A stretch of 64,000 bases of DNA from a virus: IMG/VR virus record IMGVR_UViG_3300037193_000639, positions 11,557 through 75,556 of that record. One strand, given 5' to 3'. This document shows positions 9,464 to 19,252 of the stretch, piece after piece. Every line of letters begins with the position of its first letter. Position 1 is the stretch's first letter. A program made the translations under genes and the position numbers. Below the pieces are notes generated by a model. The model did not search any database. It had not been told where the DNA came from and was given only the letters and a program-made list of their open reading frames with translations.

Positions 9464-9865
9464 ATGAGTACATCTACAATCGGAGCGTTTTTTGAGAGTG
9501 CTCTTAAAAATTGGGCTGATTCCCAATCTCCTGTAATACCAATCGCATTTGAAAACGAACACTTTGAAAAGCCCTCTACGGGCAATTTTATAGAGTGCTT
9601 CTTACTCCCTAACGAAACTATTAATCCCACGGTGAACGGGCTTAGGAAGCGTGAAATAGGTATCTTCCAAGTAAATGTCTGGACTAGGCAAGGTTATGGT
9701 ACGCAAGCTGCAATGAGTATCGCACAAGGAATCATCGATCTTTTCCCACTAGTGCCTAAAGGCGCTGTTTCAATCGAAAAAACACCATCTATTGAGAAGG
9801 GTTTGAACGACCCGTCAGGGTGGTATGTACTGCCTGTAACTATCTACTACAGGCTCGAATCATAA
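9464..9865 (+). CDS. Tail terminator protein (DUF4128-like)
   Basis: IAFENEHF.KP, GIFQVNV and PVTIYYR motifs. Confidence 0.7.
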   Translation: MSTSTIGAFFESALKNWADSQSPVIPIAFENEHFEKPSTGNFIECFLLPNETINPTVNGLRKREIGIFQVNVWTRQGYGTQAAMSIAQGIIDLFPLVPKGAVSIEKTPSIEKGLNDPSGWYVLPVTIYYRLES

Positions 9866-9883
9866 TCATGAAGGAATAATTTA

Positions 9884-10231
9884 ATGGCAGCTATCACGCA
9901 AACTACTGTGTCAGGTGTTAATGGCCCAGTTAATGTAACTCGCACAACTTTGGGCGCAAGCGATACACTCACTTACTCCAGCGGTACACGTCAAATGCTT
10001 GATCTGGTGAACACTACTGGCTCTCCTGTTGTAGTGACTATTACCGGTTCTACTGCAACCACGATCTCTCCGACTGGGTATGGGGGTACGGTATCAGTGG
10101 CGAGTGGCAAAGCAATTACAGTACCGGCGAATGGGCAGACGATAATCTCGCTAGATACTATTTCAGCATACCTAGCCGGGAGTATCACTGTAACAGGTGG
10201 CACAGGTGTTATTGCTGCGCTGTACGTCTAA
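9884..10231 (+). CDS. Small Thr/Gly-rich virion protein
   Basis: Beta-rich composition, RBS AAGGAA, located in the tail module. Confidence 0.55.
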   Translation: MAAITQTTVSGVNGPVNVTRTTLGASDTLTYSSGTRQMLDLVNTTGSPVVVTITGSTATTISPTGYGGTVSVASGKAITVPANGQTIISLDTISAYLAGSITVTGGTGVIAALYV

Positions 10232-10256
10232 TTAATACAATTTTAAAGGAATAAAC

Positions 10257-10691
10257 ATGGCTGTTCAAACATCCGCCGGATCGACTATTGCAATGGGTAG
10301 TGCACCAGCAACTTACGACGCCGCTGGCTATGGTGCAGTATCGTACACCACTATTGGTGAAGTAACTGATATCGGAGAATTTGGTGCTGCGTACAATCTG
10401 GTAACGCACAACCCTGTAGGAAATCGTCAAACCAAAAAGTTCAAAGGGTCTTATAACAACGGCTCTATTCAGCTTCAAATGGCATTTGATAAAGCTGATG
10501 CTGGTCAAGACGCTCTTGCATCTGCTCGTGATTCTGATGCTTCGAAAGCATTCAAAGTAACTTTGCAGGATGGCACGATTCTCTACTTCGCAGGTAAGGT
10601 GATGAGCTTCATTATCCAAGTCGGCTCTGTGGATCAAATCCTCTCTGCGACTGCAACGATAGAATTGGACCAGAACGTGATTGAAGTGTGA
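10257..10691 (+). CDS. Major tail (tube) protein
   Basis: IGEVTDIGEFG...KKFKGSYNNGS...DAGQ..L motif of siphovirus tube proteins. Confidence 0.85.
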   Translation: MAVQTSAGSTIAMGSAPATYDAAGYGAVSYTTIGEVTDIGEFGAAYNLVTHNPVGNRQTKKFKGSYNNGSIQLQMAFDKADAGQDALASARDSDASKAFKVTLQDGTILYFAGKVMSFIIQVGSVDQILSATATIELDQNVIEV

Positions 10692-10725
10692 AATAGTTGA
10701 GAATCATTCTCATCTATAGTTGATT

Positions 10726-10751
10726 AATAGGGTGTACGTACACCCTATTTT
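10726..10751 (+). terminator. Probable intrinsic terminator (perfect 24-bp palindrome)
   Basis: AATAGGGTGTAC-GTACACCCTATT followed by TT. Confidence 0.6.
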
Positions 10752-10764
10752 AAAATAAAGTAAG

Positions 10765-11709
10765 ATGGCAAGAAAACGAACCAAAGAAGATTTTTTGATT
10801 GAAGCAAGAGAAATTCATGGCGATAAGTATAATTACGACAACGTGGATTTCACATTTAGTAATACAAAAGTAGAGATAGTTTGTAACAAGGGGCATGGCA
10901 GTTTCTGGCAAACCCCATCGAATCATATAATTTGTAAGGCTGGTTGTCCCGCTTGTGGAGGCTGTGAACGTCCAACAACTGAAAAATTTATCCGGCAAGC
11001 CAAAGAAAAGCATGGTGATAAATACGACTACAGCAAATCAGTGTACGTTAAGGCGCACCAAAAATTGCTAGTGACTTGTCCAAAAGAAGGACATGGAGAT
11101 TGGGAAGTAACCCCAGACGCGCACAAGCGCGGAAATGGTTGCCCGAAATGTGGCGATGAAAGAACTGCGGCATCCCACAGATTAACACAGGAAGAGTTCA
11201 TTCAAAAAGCTACAGATGTCCATGGCACAAAGTATGACTACAGTAAAGTAGAATACAAGTGCGACACAGTGAAAGTTTTAATTGGATGCCCAGAACACGG
11301 GGACTTTCCATGTACTCCATCTAACCATAAGAAAGGTCGGGGTTGCCCTAAGTGTGCCAAGAACGGATACAAACGAAGCCAACCCGGAACCTTCTACATC
11401 TTAACCTGTGGCAATCTCACAAAGATTGGTATCACAAACCGTAAAGTACAAGACCGCATTAGGTCTATCAACAAAAGCTCTGGCAAGAAATTTAAAGAGC
11501 GTTTTAGCATCTTTCTAACAGACGGCGAAGTTCCATACCAAATGGAGCAAATTCTTCTACAAGAACTTCGAAGCAAGTACAAACCTGTTGATGAAATATT
11601 CGATGGCTCAACTGAATGTTTTCAGGATGTTGATAACGCCTTACTTATCGTCAAAGCTGTAACACTCTTCGGAGATCAAAAACTTCTCAGTAATGAGAAC
11701 AAGCCGTAA
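10765..11709 (+). CDS. Free-standing endonuclease-like protein, paralog of 7204-8172
   Basis: Same three Zn repeats (HGDKY.Y...GCPKC) plus FYILTC..TKIGITN...DGSTECF. Confidence 0.75.
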   Translation: MARKRTKEDFLIEAREIHGDKYNYDNVDFTFSNTKVEIVCNKGHGSFWQTPSNHIICKAGCPACGGCERPTTEKFIRQAKEKHGDKYDYSKSVYVKAHQKLLVTCPKEGHGDWEVTPDAHKRGNGCPKCGDERTAASHRLTQEEFIQKATDVHGTKYDYSKVEYKCDTVKVLIGCPEHGDFPCTPSNHKKGRGCPKCAKNGYKRSQPGTFYILTCGNLTKIGITNRKVQDRIRSINKSSGKKFKERFSIFLTDGEVPYQMEQILLQELRSKYKPVDEIFDGSTECFQDVDNALLIVKAVTLFGDQKLLSNENKP

Positions 11710-11778
11710 ATGCTGCAAAGACAGCATCCAAATAATATCAAATATTTCTGTCAAAACAAATAGCTAAAAGGATTTAAT

Positions 11779-12174
11779 ATGTCTTTCAATCTCAACTCTC
11801 TTGCATTGCGCGATACGACTGCACTCAAACTCCGTCACCCTGTGACTGATGAAGTTCTCGCAGACGATGAAGGTAATGAAGTTATTGTACACCTGTATGG
11901 CCCAGCAAGCAAGCAATATCGCAACACTATTGCAGCTATGCAGAATCGTGCCATCAAACGTGGTGGTAAAAAAGCTACTGCACAGGAGCTGCGTGACGAA
12001 GCAATCAATCTGCTTGTCGCATGCTCTGACCGCATCGACAACCTTGAGTACAACGGTAAGCCTGTAGATACAGAAGCTGCTTTCCGTACTCTCTACAGTG
12101 ACCCCTCCATGGAATGGATTAAAGGTCAGGTAGATGCAGCTCTCGGGGATGTCGCAGCTTTTTTGGAACAATAA
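11779..12174 (+). CDS. Tail assembly chaperone (gpG-like)
   Basis: Between tube and tape measure genes; L.HP.T and LYGP.S..YR motifs. Confidence 0.8.
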   Translation: MSFNLNSLALRDTTALKLRHPVTDEVLADDEGNEVIVHLYGPASKQYRNTIAAMQNRAIKRGGKKATAQELRDEAINLLVACSDRIDNLEYNGKPVDTEAAFRTLYSDPSMEWIKGQVDAALGDVAAFLEQ

Positions 12175-12611
12175 CTGAGAGGCTTACCCTCCATGTAAAA
12201 CACCTTGCGTGGCTCCATGCAGTCCCGCAAGGCTCCAAAAAATCTCGTCTAGCAAAATACAAAGAGCTAGACGAAGAGTCTAATTTCCTAAAGCTGCCCG
12301 AGTGTGAGGGAGCAGAGTACCTTGTGAATCTGCTCCATGAAGCTGGCCTAGTTTCTCAAACAGGCATGGGTGTAGCTCCTTTAGAGTGGAAAGAAATCTG
12401 TGCTTGGCTAGATGCCACAGAACTCTCACTCTCTGTCTGGGAAAAATTAACTATTAAAACTTTGTCTGAAGCTTACGCTGCTGAATACAACCAAGCGTCA
12501 GATCCTAACAGAGCAGCACCGTTCGTCTATGTTGACGAAGACATTCAAGCAAAACGTGACGTTGTTGCTTCGAAGATTGGAAGTATTTTGCGTGCACGAA
12601 AGAAGTCATAA
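12159..12611 (+). CDS. Tail chaperone gpGT extension via -1 programmed frameshift
   Basis: Slippery T TTT TTG at 12159-12165. The -1 frame is open from there (FGTITERLTLHVKHLAWLHAVP...) through ORF 12324-12611. Confidence 0.8.
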   Translation, partial: FFGTITERLTLHVKHLAWLHAVPQGSKKSRLAKYKELDEESNFLKLPECEGAEYLVNLLHEAGLVSQTGMGVAPLEWKEICAWLDATELSLSVWEKLTIKTLSEAYAAEYNQASDPNRAAPFVYVDEDIQAKRDVVASKIGSILRARKKS

Positions 12612-12622
12612 AGGATTTGTAG

Positions 12623-15600
12623 ATGAGTGTTGATATTAGCAGACTTGGAATCGAAGTTAAATCGACTGGTATCAAGGAAGCCTCTCAAGGGCTTTCTGGT
12701 CTAGGCACGTCTGCTGCAAACGCAGAGCGTAGGGTACAGAAGCTTACTGACACAATTGATAAGCTGATTGGTTCGATGACTAATCTAGCTAAGTTGCAAG
12801 GCACTGCTACGCAAGCTGCTGCAGCTCATATTCAGATGATTCAAGGTGGTACTGCAGCTATGCAGGGTATGCAATCGTCTGCACACGCTACAACAAAGAC
12901 ATTGCAGCAACTACAGCAGCAAGCAACGCAGACAGGCAACGCTTTTGGTCACGCACATCACAAAGGAAACATCCTTAACAACACCTTGAAAAGCATGATG
13001 GTGGCAATGTCTGCATATGTGGGCATCAACTTCATTAAAGGTATTGTTGAAGCCGGTGATGCTTGGCAAATGATGACTGCAAAGTTGAATATTTCGACAG
13101 GCAGTATGTCAAATGCAGTAATTATGCAAGAGCGTCTGTTCAAGCTTGCCCAAGAGATTCGTGTACCACTTGAGGAAGTCGGTAAGCTGTATAACCGTAT
13201 GGCTGTTCCAATGGCAGAGCTGGGCAAGACTAGTGGTGAAACCATTGAGATGGTTAAAGGGGTGGCTCTTGCGCTTCAACTGGGCGGATCTACTGCGGCT
13301 GAAGCATCTTCAGCTATTTTACAATTCTCTCAGGCGATTAACGCAGGTCGCTTGAACGGTGCCGAGTTTAATGCGGTATCTGAAGCCGCACCCCTCTTGA
13401 TTCGTGCCATCAGGGATGAATTGGAGAAGACTGAGAAAAAGGCCCTTACTCTTGGTGCGGTAAAGAAGTTAGGTTCAGACGGGAAAATCTCTGTTGAGAT
13501 TATGCAGCGTGCAATCTCTAAAGCTGTTCCTGAGTGGGAGAAGCTATTCAACGATTTACCTGTCACAGTTGGTAGTGCTGTAACTCGTGTGAAAAACGCT
13601 TGGCTCAAAGCGATGGGAGAGATGAGTCAGCAATCAGGCTTGAACAAAGGCTTGGTTGAAGCACTTGGCACTATTGAAAGCATTATTCCGGCAATCCGTG
13701 ATGAGATGGTTGGAGCAGTTGTTGGTGTAGGTAAATGGATTAAAGAAAACCGTGATGCCTTAGCAGACTCTTGGACTCAAGTTAAAGGTCTTGTAGGAGA
13801 TATGGTAGATCTGGCATCAAAACTTTCTTATGCAGCCGGTGCTGCTGCAGGGATGGGAAATGAGCTCAGTGCATTTGGTTTTACTCTTTATTCTGTACGC
13901 TTGTTTGTAGCTGGTATTCAAGATGGCTTTGTTGCAATTGGTAGCGTAGTTCTAAAGCTTGGTCAACTCATTAGTAACGTCCTGATTGGACCGATTAACC
14001 TTCTTATCACTACAATGCTTGGTGTGCTGTCTGAGCATATTGGCTTCATTATGAGAGGGATTGGAAAAAGCTTTTCTGCCATTGGATTAGATACGCTAGG
14101 TACAAATATCAAAAATGCTGGCGACTCCATGAAGCAGCTTTCCCTCACTTTCCAAGAAGCCAAGGGGGCAGGTTTTGATCTGGCAGCAGTGATGGGATCA
14201 GTGGCAGATAACTCCTTCAATATGCTCGCCAACGGTGAAGGGGCAGTGCAAAGAGTCCTGAAAGGTGAACAGCAAATCTCCGCAGAGATGGTCAAGCAAG
14301 GAAAGTACCAAGAAGGTTTGACCAAAACTCGCAAAGCTAGTGCAGAGTTGGATGAGAAGGCTGCTAAAGCTCTTGAGAAAATTGTAAAAGCTGCCAACTC
14401 CGAATTGGATAAATCAATTGATGCATACAGAGAGCAAGCAGTTTCATTGGAAGCTTTGCGAAAGTTTGGCCTTGATGGCGATAAAAGGACAAAAGCACAG
14501 AAAGAGCAGATCACTTTAGAGCGAGCTTTAGCTGAAGCAACAAATTCAAAAGTTAAGGCAATCTTACAAGATGCTATTGCAACCAATCGTGCAACTCAAG
14601 AAATGGAAAAGCATGAGAAGGTTATAAAAGACGCTCTGACTCGCCAGAAGGAAAACGAGGAGCAAGTTCAGAAGTCGATTGAAAGTGCTATTGATGAAGC
14701 CCAGAAGAACGAAGACTTAGTTCGCACGTTTGGAATGGCAAAAGGCGCACTTGAGGAGTTAGAGCTAGCCAGAGTTTCTGAACAACTTGCTCGTGCCAAA
14801 TCCCTTGCTGACAATGATCATGAAATAGAGCAATTACAAAAGTTGTACGATGCTCTTCAACGTAATACGACAGCAAGAAAGCAGCTCGGCGTACTGGAAG
14901 AACAACAGAAGACCTTTGAAGCAGCTCAACGTGAGTGGGAAAAAACTGTCGAAAAAATCGATGATGTTTTCCGTGAAGGTTTCGCGGACATGCTAAATCA
15001 TGGAGTATCTTCTTGGAAAAGCTTCACTAAATCTCTTGCCACCACGTTTAAAACAATTGTTGCTGATGCTATCTACAAGACTTTTATCCGCAAGTATGTT
15101 GTTAATATTGTTGGCAATTTCGTAGGTAAGATGGGCGGAGGAATAGGGGTGATGGGAGGCTCCCCTGATCTGATGGGGTTGTTTAATACAGGGAGCACCC
15201 TCTGGAACGCTGGTTCAACTGTAGCCGGATGGTTAGGCTTGGGCGGCGCTACATCTATGGGTGTTGCCGGTGCAACTGGAATTACTGCAAGCGCAGCCTC
15301 TACTGGTTTAGGATTTACTGCAGGAGGTGGGATGGGCCTTTCTGCAGGAGCTGGCGGAGCCACTGGGATTACAGCAGGAAGTGCGGGAGCTTCATCTATT
15401 GGTAGTGGACTAGTAAGCGCTGGGCAGTCAGGTGCGGCAGCCGGGAGTAGTATTGGCTCTGCCTTATCTGCAGCAGGTCCATACTTGGCTGCTGCTGCCA
15501 TTGGATATGCAGTCTGGAAATCGTTAGACGACAGTGGAACGATTCATTCTGGTGGAGCTGCAAGAGCCAATGCTCTAGGTTCACAAACAATGGACGCCCG

Positions 15601-17698
15601 TTCACTTGGTTTTATGAAGATCAACACTACCAAGGAAGCTGAAACTGCCGCATCTAGTATTGCTTCAGGTATTGTAAACATTCTAAACAGTACAGCAACA
15701 ACTTTTGGGAAAGAGGCTGGGTATTCTGCTGCTACTGCGTTTGCCGATGATACATCTAAAGATGGTGCATGGGGTGCTTTGGTCATTGAGAATATGGGCA
15801 AGGTGCTTGTTGACTGGGATGCCAACAGGCAAAGCCGTTGGGCACCAAGAGAGTTCAACGATGGTGAAGCAGGGCGTAATGAATACCTTGCAGAGCTGAG
15901 TAAGTCTGTTCGCAGTGCATTGGATACGATTGGTCTTCCGTCTTGGGCGCAGCAGATGTTGGACAGTCTTGGTGAAGCCCCTTCGATTCAGGAGCTTGGT
16001 TCGGTTGTTGAAAAAATCAATGCTGCCCAAAATGCCTTGGTTGCAATTGGTAGTACGATTAAGAATTTTGCACAATTGACTGACGCAGCAACTTCAGCAA
16101 TCATCAATGCATCTGGTGGTATTGATGCTTTCACGGCAAACATTAACGCATTTTATGACGGGTACTATTCTGAATCTGAAAAGATTGAGAACGTATCTAA
16201 ACAGGTATCTTCAGCTCTGGTAGCAGTTGGTCTTGAGATGCCAACCACTCGGAAGGAATTCCGTCAACTTGTAGAGGCTCAGCTTGCTCTTGGTGAATCA
16301 GGTGCAACTGCTGTAGCTACGTTGTTGAAGGTTTCCGGTGCGTTTGGACAGGTTGCCGACTACACAGCCAGTAGTGCAGAGGAAGTCATCTCCAAAGCTA
16401 GAGAATTATCGCGTCAGCGAAGTGACCTAGAGATAGAAATTATGGAGTTGACGGGAGACACGGCCAAGGCTTTGGCAGCTCGACGTGCAATTGAGCTAGC
16501 TGGAATGGAGGAGTCGTTAAGGCCATTGCAAGAGCGTATTTATCTCTTGCAAGATGAAGCTCAAGTTGCAGAGGCTAAAAGGCAAAAAGATGCACAAGTT
16601 GCAGAGGATAGAAAGAAGATAGAGCTAGAGGTTGCTGAAGCTATAAATCAGGCTCGTTCGAAATTATCTGAGGCTTACGAAAGAGAGTCATCTGCCTTGC
16701 AGGCCACCATTGATAAATTCAAAGATTTCAGCAAGTCTTTGAGGACTTTCCGGGACTCTTTACTGGTTGGAAATTTGTCTAACCTCTCTCCTGAGGCAAA
16801 GTATCTTGAGCTTAGAAATAGGTTTGAGAAAACAGCGTCTCTTGCAGCATCAGGGAATGAAGAGGCACTGACATCATTGCAAAGCATTTCTGAGCAGTTC
16901 TTAGAAGCTTCTAAAGGCTACTTTGCAAGTTCAATGGGTTATACGCAGGATTTCGAGCGTGTACGTGCGGCGTTAGAACAAGCTTCGCTTGCATCTGATG
17001 TACAGGTAGATATAGGTACGCAGCAACTAAGCGCACTTCAAGCATCCGTGCAAGAGCTTATCGACATCAATCAGTCAGTTCTCTCCGTTAAAGATGCAAT
17101 CCTCGCTCTGAAATCACTAACACCTGAAAAGGTTATTACTGGTGGTCCGGGAGCTGGAAAAGTTGTAAATGGAGTTTACACAGATGCGCTAGGCAACACT
17201 GCTCTTTCAAAAAATCTTCCTACTAACCGTGACTTAGTGAAAATGTGGTATTCGAGTCATCCATATATCACAGAGTCTCCTACTGAAGATGCAATTGATT
17301 ACTGGACTAACCAACTCAGTAGGCGTGATGTTAGCCAGTACGATGTTAAGAAAACGTTCGCAGACAGTGCTGCATATGTGACAGGAACTAATCCTGTAGA
17401 CATTAAAGCATTTGCTAACGGTGGTAATGCGGAAGGTTGGTCTTGGGTTGGCGAACAAGGTAAGGAGCTTGCTTATTTTGGAGATAAAGCACACATCTAC
17501 ACAGCAAGGGAGTCTCAGCAGATTGTAGGGGGTTCTGATGAGGAATCTAAGCAGTTGTTGAGAGATGTGCTTGTGGAGCTGCAAGCAGCAAATGCTCAAC
17601 GTGGAGCCGCAACAGAGGCTCAGCTAATTTCGCAAAGAACATTAGCTGAAAAGTTGGACGCACAGCGAAGGGTTATGGCTGCTGCCAGTGCCGAATGA
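12623..17698 (+). CDS. Tape measure protein
   Basis: 1691 aa, helical; QFSQAINAGRLNGAEFNAV tape-measure motif; C-terminal FANGG..WVGEQGKEL. Confidence 0.93.
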   Translation: MSVDISRLGIEVKSTGIKEASQGLSGLGTSAANAERRVQKLTDTIDKLIGSMTNLAKLQGTATQAAAAHIQMIQGGTAAMQGMQSSAHATTKTLQQLQQQATQTGNAFGHAHHKGNILNNTLKSMMVAMSAYVGINFIKGIVEAGDAWQMMTAKLNISTGSMSNAVIMQERLFKLAQEIRVPLEEVGKLYNRMAVPMAELGKTSGETIEMVKGVALALQLGGSTAAEASSAILQFSQAINAGRLNGAEFNAVSEAAPLLIRAIRDELEKTEKKALTLGAVKKLGSDGKISVEIMQRAISKAVPEWEKLFNDLPVTVGSAVTRVKNAWLKAMGEMSQQSGLNKGLVEALGTIESIIPAIRDEMVGAVVGVGKWIKENRDALADSWTQVKGLVGDMVDLASKLSYAAGAAAGMGNELSAFGFTLYSVRLFVAGIQDGFVAIGSVVLKLGQLISNVLIGPINLLITTMLGVLSEHIGFIMRGIGKSFSAIGLDTLGTNIKNAGDSMKQLSLTFQEAKGAGFDLAAVMGSVADNSFNMLANGEGAVQRVLKGEQQISAEMVKQGKYQEGLTKTRKASAELDEKAAKALEKIVKAANSELDKSIDAYREQAVSLEALRKFGLDGDKRTKAQKEQITLERALAEATNSKVKAILQDAIATNRATQEMEKHEKVIKDALTRQKENEEQVQKSIESAIDEAQKNEDLVRTFGMAKGALEELELARVSEQLARAKSLADNDHEIEQLQKLYDALQRNTTARKQLGVLEEQQKTFEAAQREWEKTVEKIDDVFREGFADMLNHGVSSWKSFTKSLATTFKTIVADAIYKTFIRKYVVNIVGNFVGKMGGGIGVMGGSPDLMGLFNTGSTLWNAGSTVAGWLGLGGATSMGVAGATGITASAASTGLGFTAGGGMGLSAGAGGATGITAGSAGASSIGSGLVSAGQSGAAAGSSIGSALSAAGPYLAAAAIGYAVWKSLDDSGTIHSGGAARANALGSQTMDARSLGFMKINTTKEAETAASSIASGIVNILNSTATTFGKEAGYSAATAFADDTSKDGAWGALVIENMGKVLVDWDANRQSRWAPREFNDGEAGRNEYLAELSKSVRSALDTIGLPSWAQQMLDSLGEAPSIQELGSVVEKINAAQNALVAIGSTIKNFAQLTDAATSAIINASGGIDAFTANINAFYDGYYSESEKIENVSKQVSSALVAVGLEMPTTRKEFRQLVEAQLALGESGATAVATLLKVSGAFGQVADYTASSAEEVISKARELSRQRSDLEIEIMELTGDTAKALAARRAIELAGMEESLRPLQERIYLLQDEAQVAEAKRQKDAQVAEDRKKIELEVAEAINQARSKLSEAYERESSALQATIDKFKDFSKSLRTFRDSLLVGNLSNLSPEAKYLELRNRFEKTASLAASGNEEALTSLQSISEQFLEASKGYFASSMGYTQDFERVRAALEQASLASDVQVDIGTQQLSALQASVQELIDINQSVLSVKDAILALKSLTPEKVITGGPGAGKVVNGVYTDALGNTALSKNLPTNRDLVKMWYSSHPYITESPTEDAIDYWTNQLSRRDVSQYDVKKTFADSAAYVTGTNPVDIKAFANGGNAEGWSWVGEQGKELAYFGDKAHIYTARESQQIVGGSDEESKQLLRDVLVELQAANAQRGAATEAQLISQRTLAEKLDAQRRVMAAASAE

Positions 17699-17719
17699 TA
17701 AAGAAAGGAGAGAGCAGTA

Positions 17720-19246
17720 GTGTTGCTCATTACATTGACGGCAGCAATCGACTCTGCCGGAACACAGCAAAATTTTTATGTTTCGACGGATCGATTCGTA
17801 ACGTCACCTAGTGACACACCAGCAAACACTGCTTTCGATCCTCGTGTCATTCAGCCGGGTTCTATCGGCTTTCATGTTTACTCCGATGGCCGGACAGGTG
17901 GGCAGTCGAAACTAGAGCTTGGTGAAATCATACTTGCCAACGCAGATGGTGAGCTAGATGCATGGGCCAATTATAGTTTCGACGGTAGGGCTGTAGTGAT
18001 TCGTGGCGGAGAGACAGGGGTGTACCCATCTGCTTTTCCTGCAGTTCTTACTGCGACAGTTGAAAGTATTGATCTGACGTGGGATCGTGCAATCATTCGA
18101 CTCCGTGATAAACAATGGATGCTACGCCTTCCAGCGCTAACAACGACTTATGCTGGCAACAACAGCATGCCAAACGGTTTAGAAGGCACTCCAGACGATT
18201 TAAAAGGGAAGGTGAAGCCGAAGGTATACGGTAAGGTATTAAACGTCTCCCCGCCTTGTGTAAACACGTCCAAACTCACTTATCAAGTGAATAGCGGTGC
18301 TGTAGCCTCAATTGACGCTGTTTACGATAACGGTGTAGCTCTGACTCCCGGCACTAACCATGCAAACTCAGCAGCTTTACAAGCAGCTGCAGTTACTGCA
18401 AGCACGTTTGATACATGTATTGCAGAAGGCTACTTCAGACTTGGTACAAGTCCTGTGGGAGAAATCACAGTAGATGTTACACAAGGGGCTGCAGCAAGTA
18501 ATCGCACAGTGGCCCAGATCATAAAACAGCTTGCATTGGATGCAGGGGTTGCAAGCGGGGACATTAGCAGTACAGATGTCACTAATCTTGACACAGATAA
18601 TAGCAGTGTGGTGGGTATTTGGATAAATGATGGCTCCACGACATTCTCTGCTGCAATGGATATGGTTGCTTCAAGTATTGGAGCATGGTATGGCTTTGAC
18701 GCTGCGGGGAGTTTGAGGATGGGTAGACTTACTTCCCCTTCAGGTTCTCCTGTGGCTACTCTCTATGACTACGATATTTACGACAACATAGAGAGACGTG
18801 CTGCAAGAGACTCTGGTGTACCAATCTGGAAGGTGACAGTAAATCATTCGAAGATTTGGACAACACAAGCGAGTGGTATTGCTGCGTCAGTTACAGCAGC
18901 ACGAAGAGCATATCTTGCTGAGGAGTATAGAGGGTCCACCAGCACAGACGCTACGGTGAAAACGCAATGGCTACTTGCAGGGACGTTGGAGGTGGATGGG
19001 TTACTTACATCTACAGCGAATGCAGATACAGAGTCTTCTCGACTGCTTACGTTGTTTAAAGTAAGGCGAGATATTTTCGATGTGACAGTGAACCTTGACG
19101 TGGTGACGAGTAATAGCCTGAAGATGATGGATGTCGTGAGGGTAGAGCTTGATAGGTTTGGTATGGGGTCTGGTAAAGACTTTCGAATTATTGGTATGGC
19201 GTATGACTTGGAAAGAAGCTCTGTGCGCTTAAGTTTGTGGGGGTAA
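17720..19246 (+). CDS. Tail tip / hub protein
   Basis: Follows tape measure; GKVKPKVYGKVLNVSP motif. Confidence 0.7.
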   Translation: MLLITLTAAIDSAGTQQNFYVSTDRFVTSPSDTPANTAFDPRVIQPGSIGFHVYSDGRTGGQSKLELGEIILANADGELDAWANYSFDGRAVVIRGGETGVYPSAFPAVLTATVESIDLTWDRAIIRLRDKQWMLRLPALTTTYAGNNSMPNGLEGTPDDLKGKVKPKVYGKVLNVSPPCVNTSKLTYQVNSGAVASIDAVYDNGVALTPGTNHANSAALQAAAVTASTFDTCIAEGYFRLGTSPVGEITVDVTQGAAASNRTVAQIIKQLALDAGVASGDISSTDVTNLDTDNSSVVGIWINDGSTTFSAAMDMVASSIGAWYGFDAAGSLRMGRLTSPSGSPVATLYDYDIYDNIERRAARDSGVPIWKVTVNHSKIWTTQASGIAASVTAARRAYLAEEYRGSTSTDATVKTQWLLAGTLEVDGLLTSTANADTESSRLLTLFKVRRDIFDVTVNLDVVTSNSLKMMDVVRVELDRFGMGSGKDFRIIGMAYDLERSSVRLSLWG

Positions 19247-19252
19247 CTAGTT

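Noticed and set aside
15130-15500. Gly/Ala/Ser low-complexity repeats in the tape measure
   Set aside because: Ordinary membrane-interacting segment of tape measure proteins.
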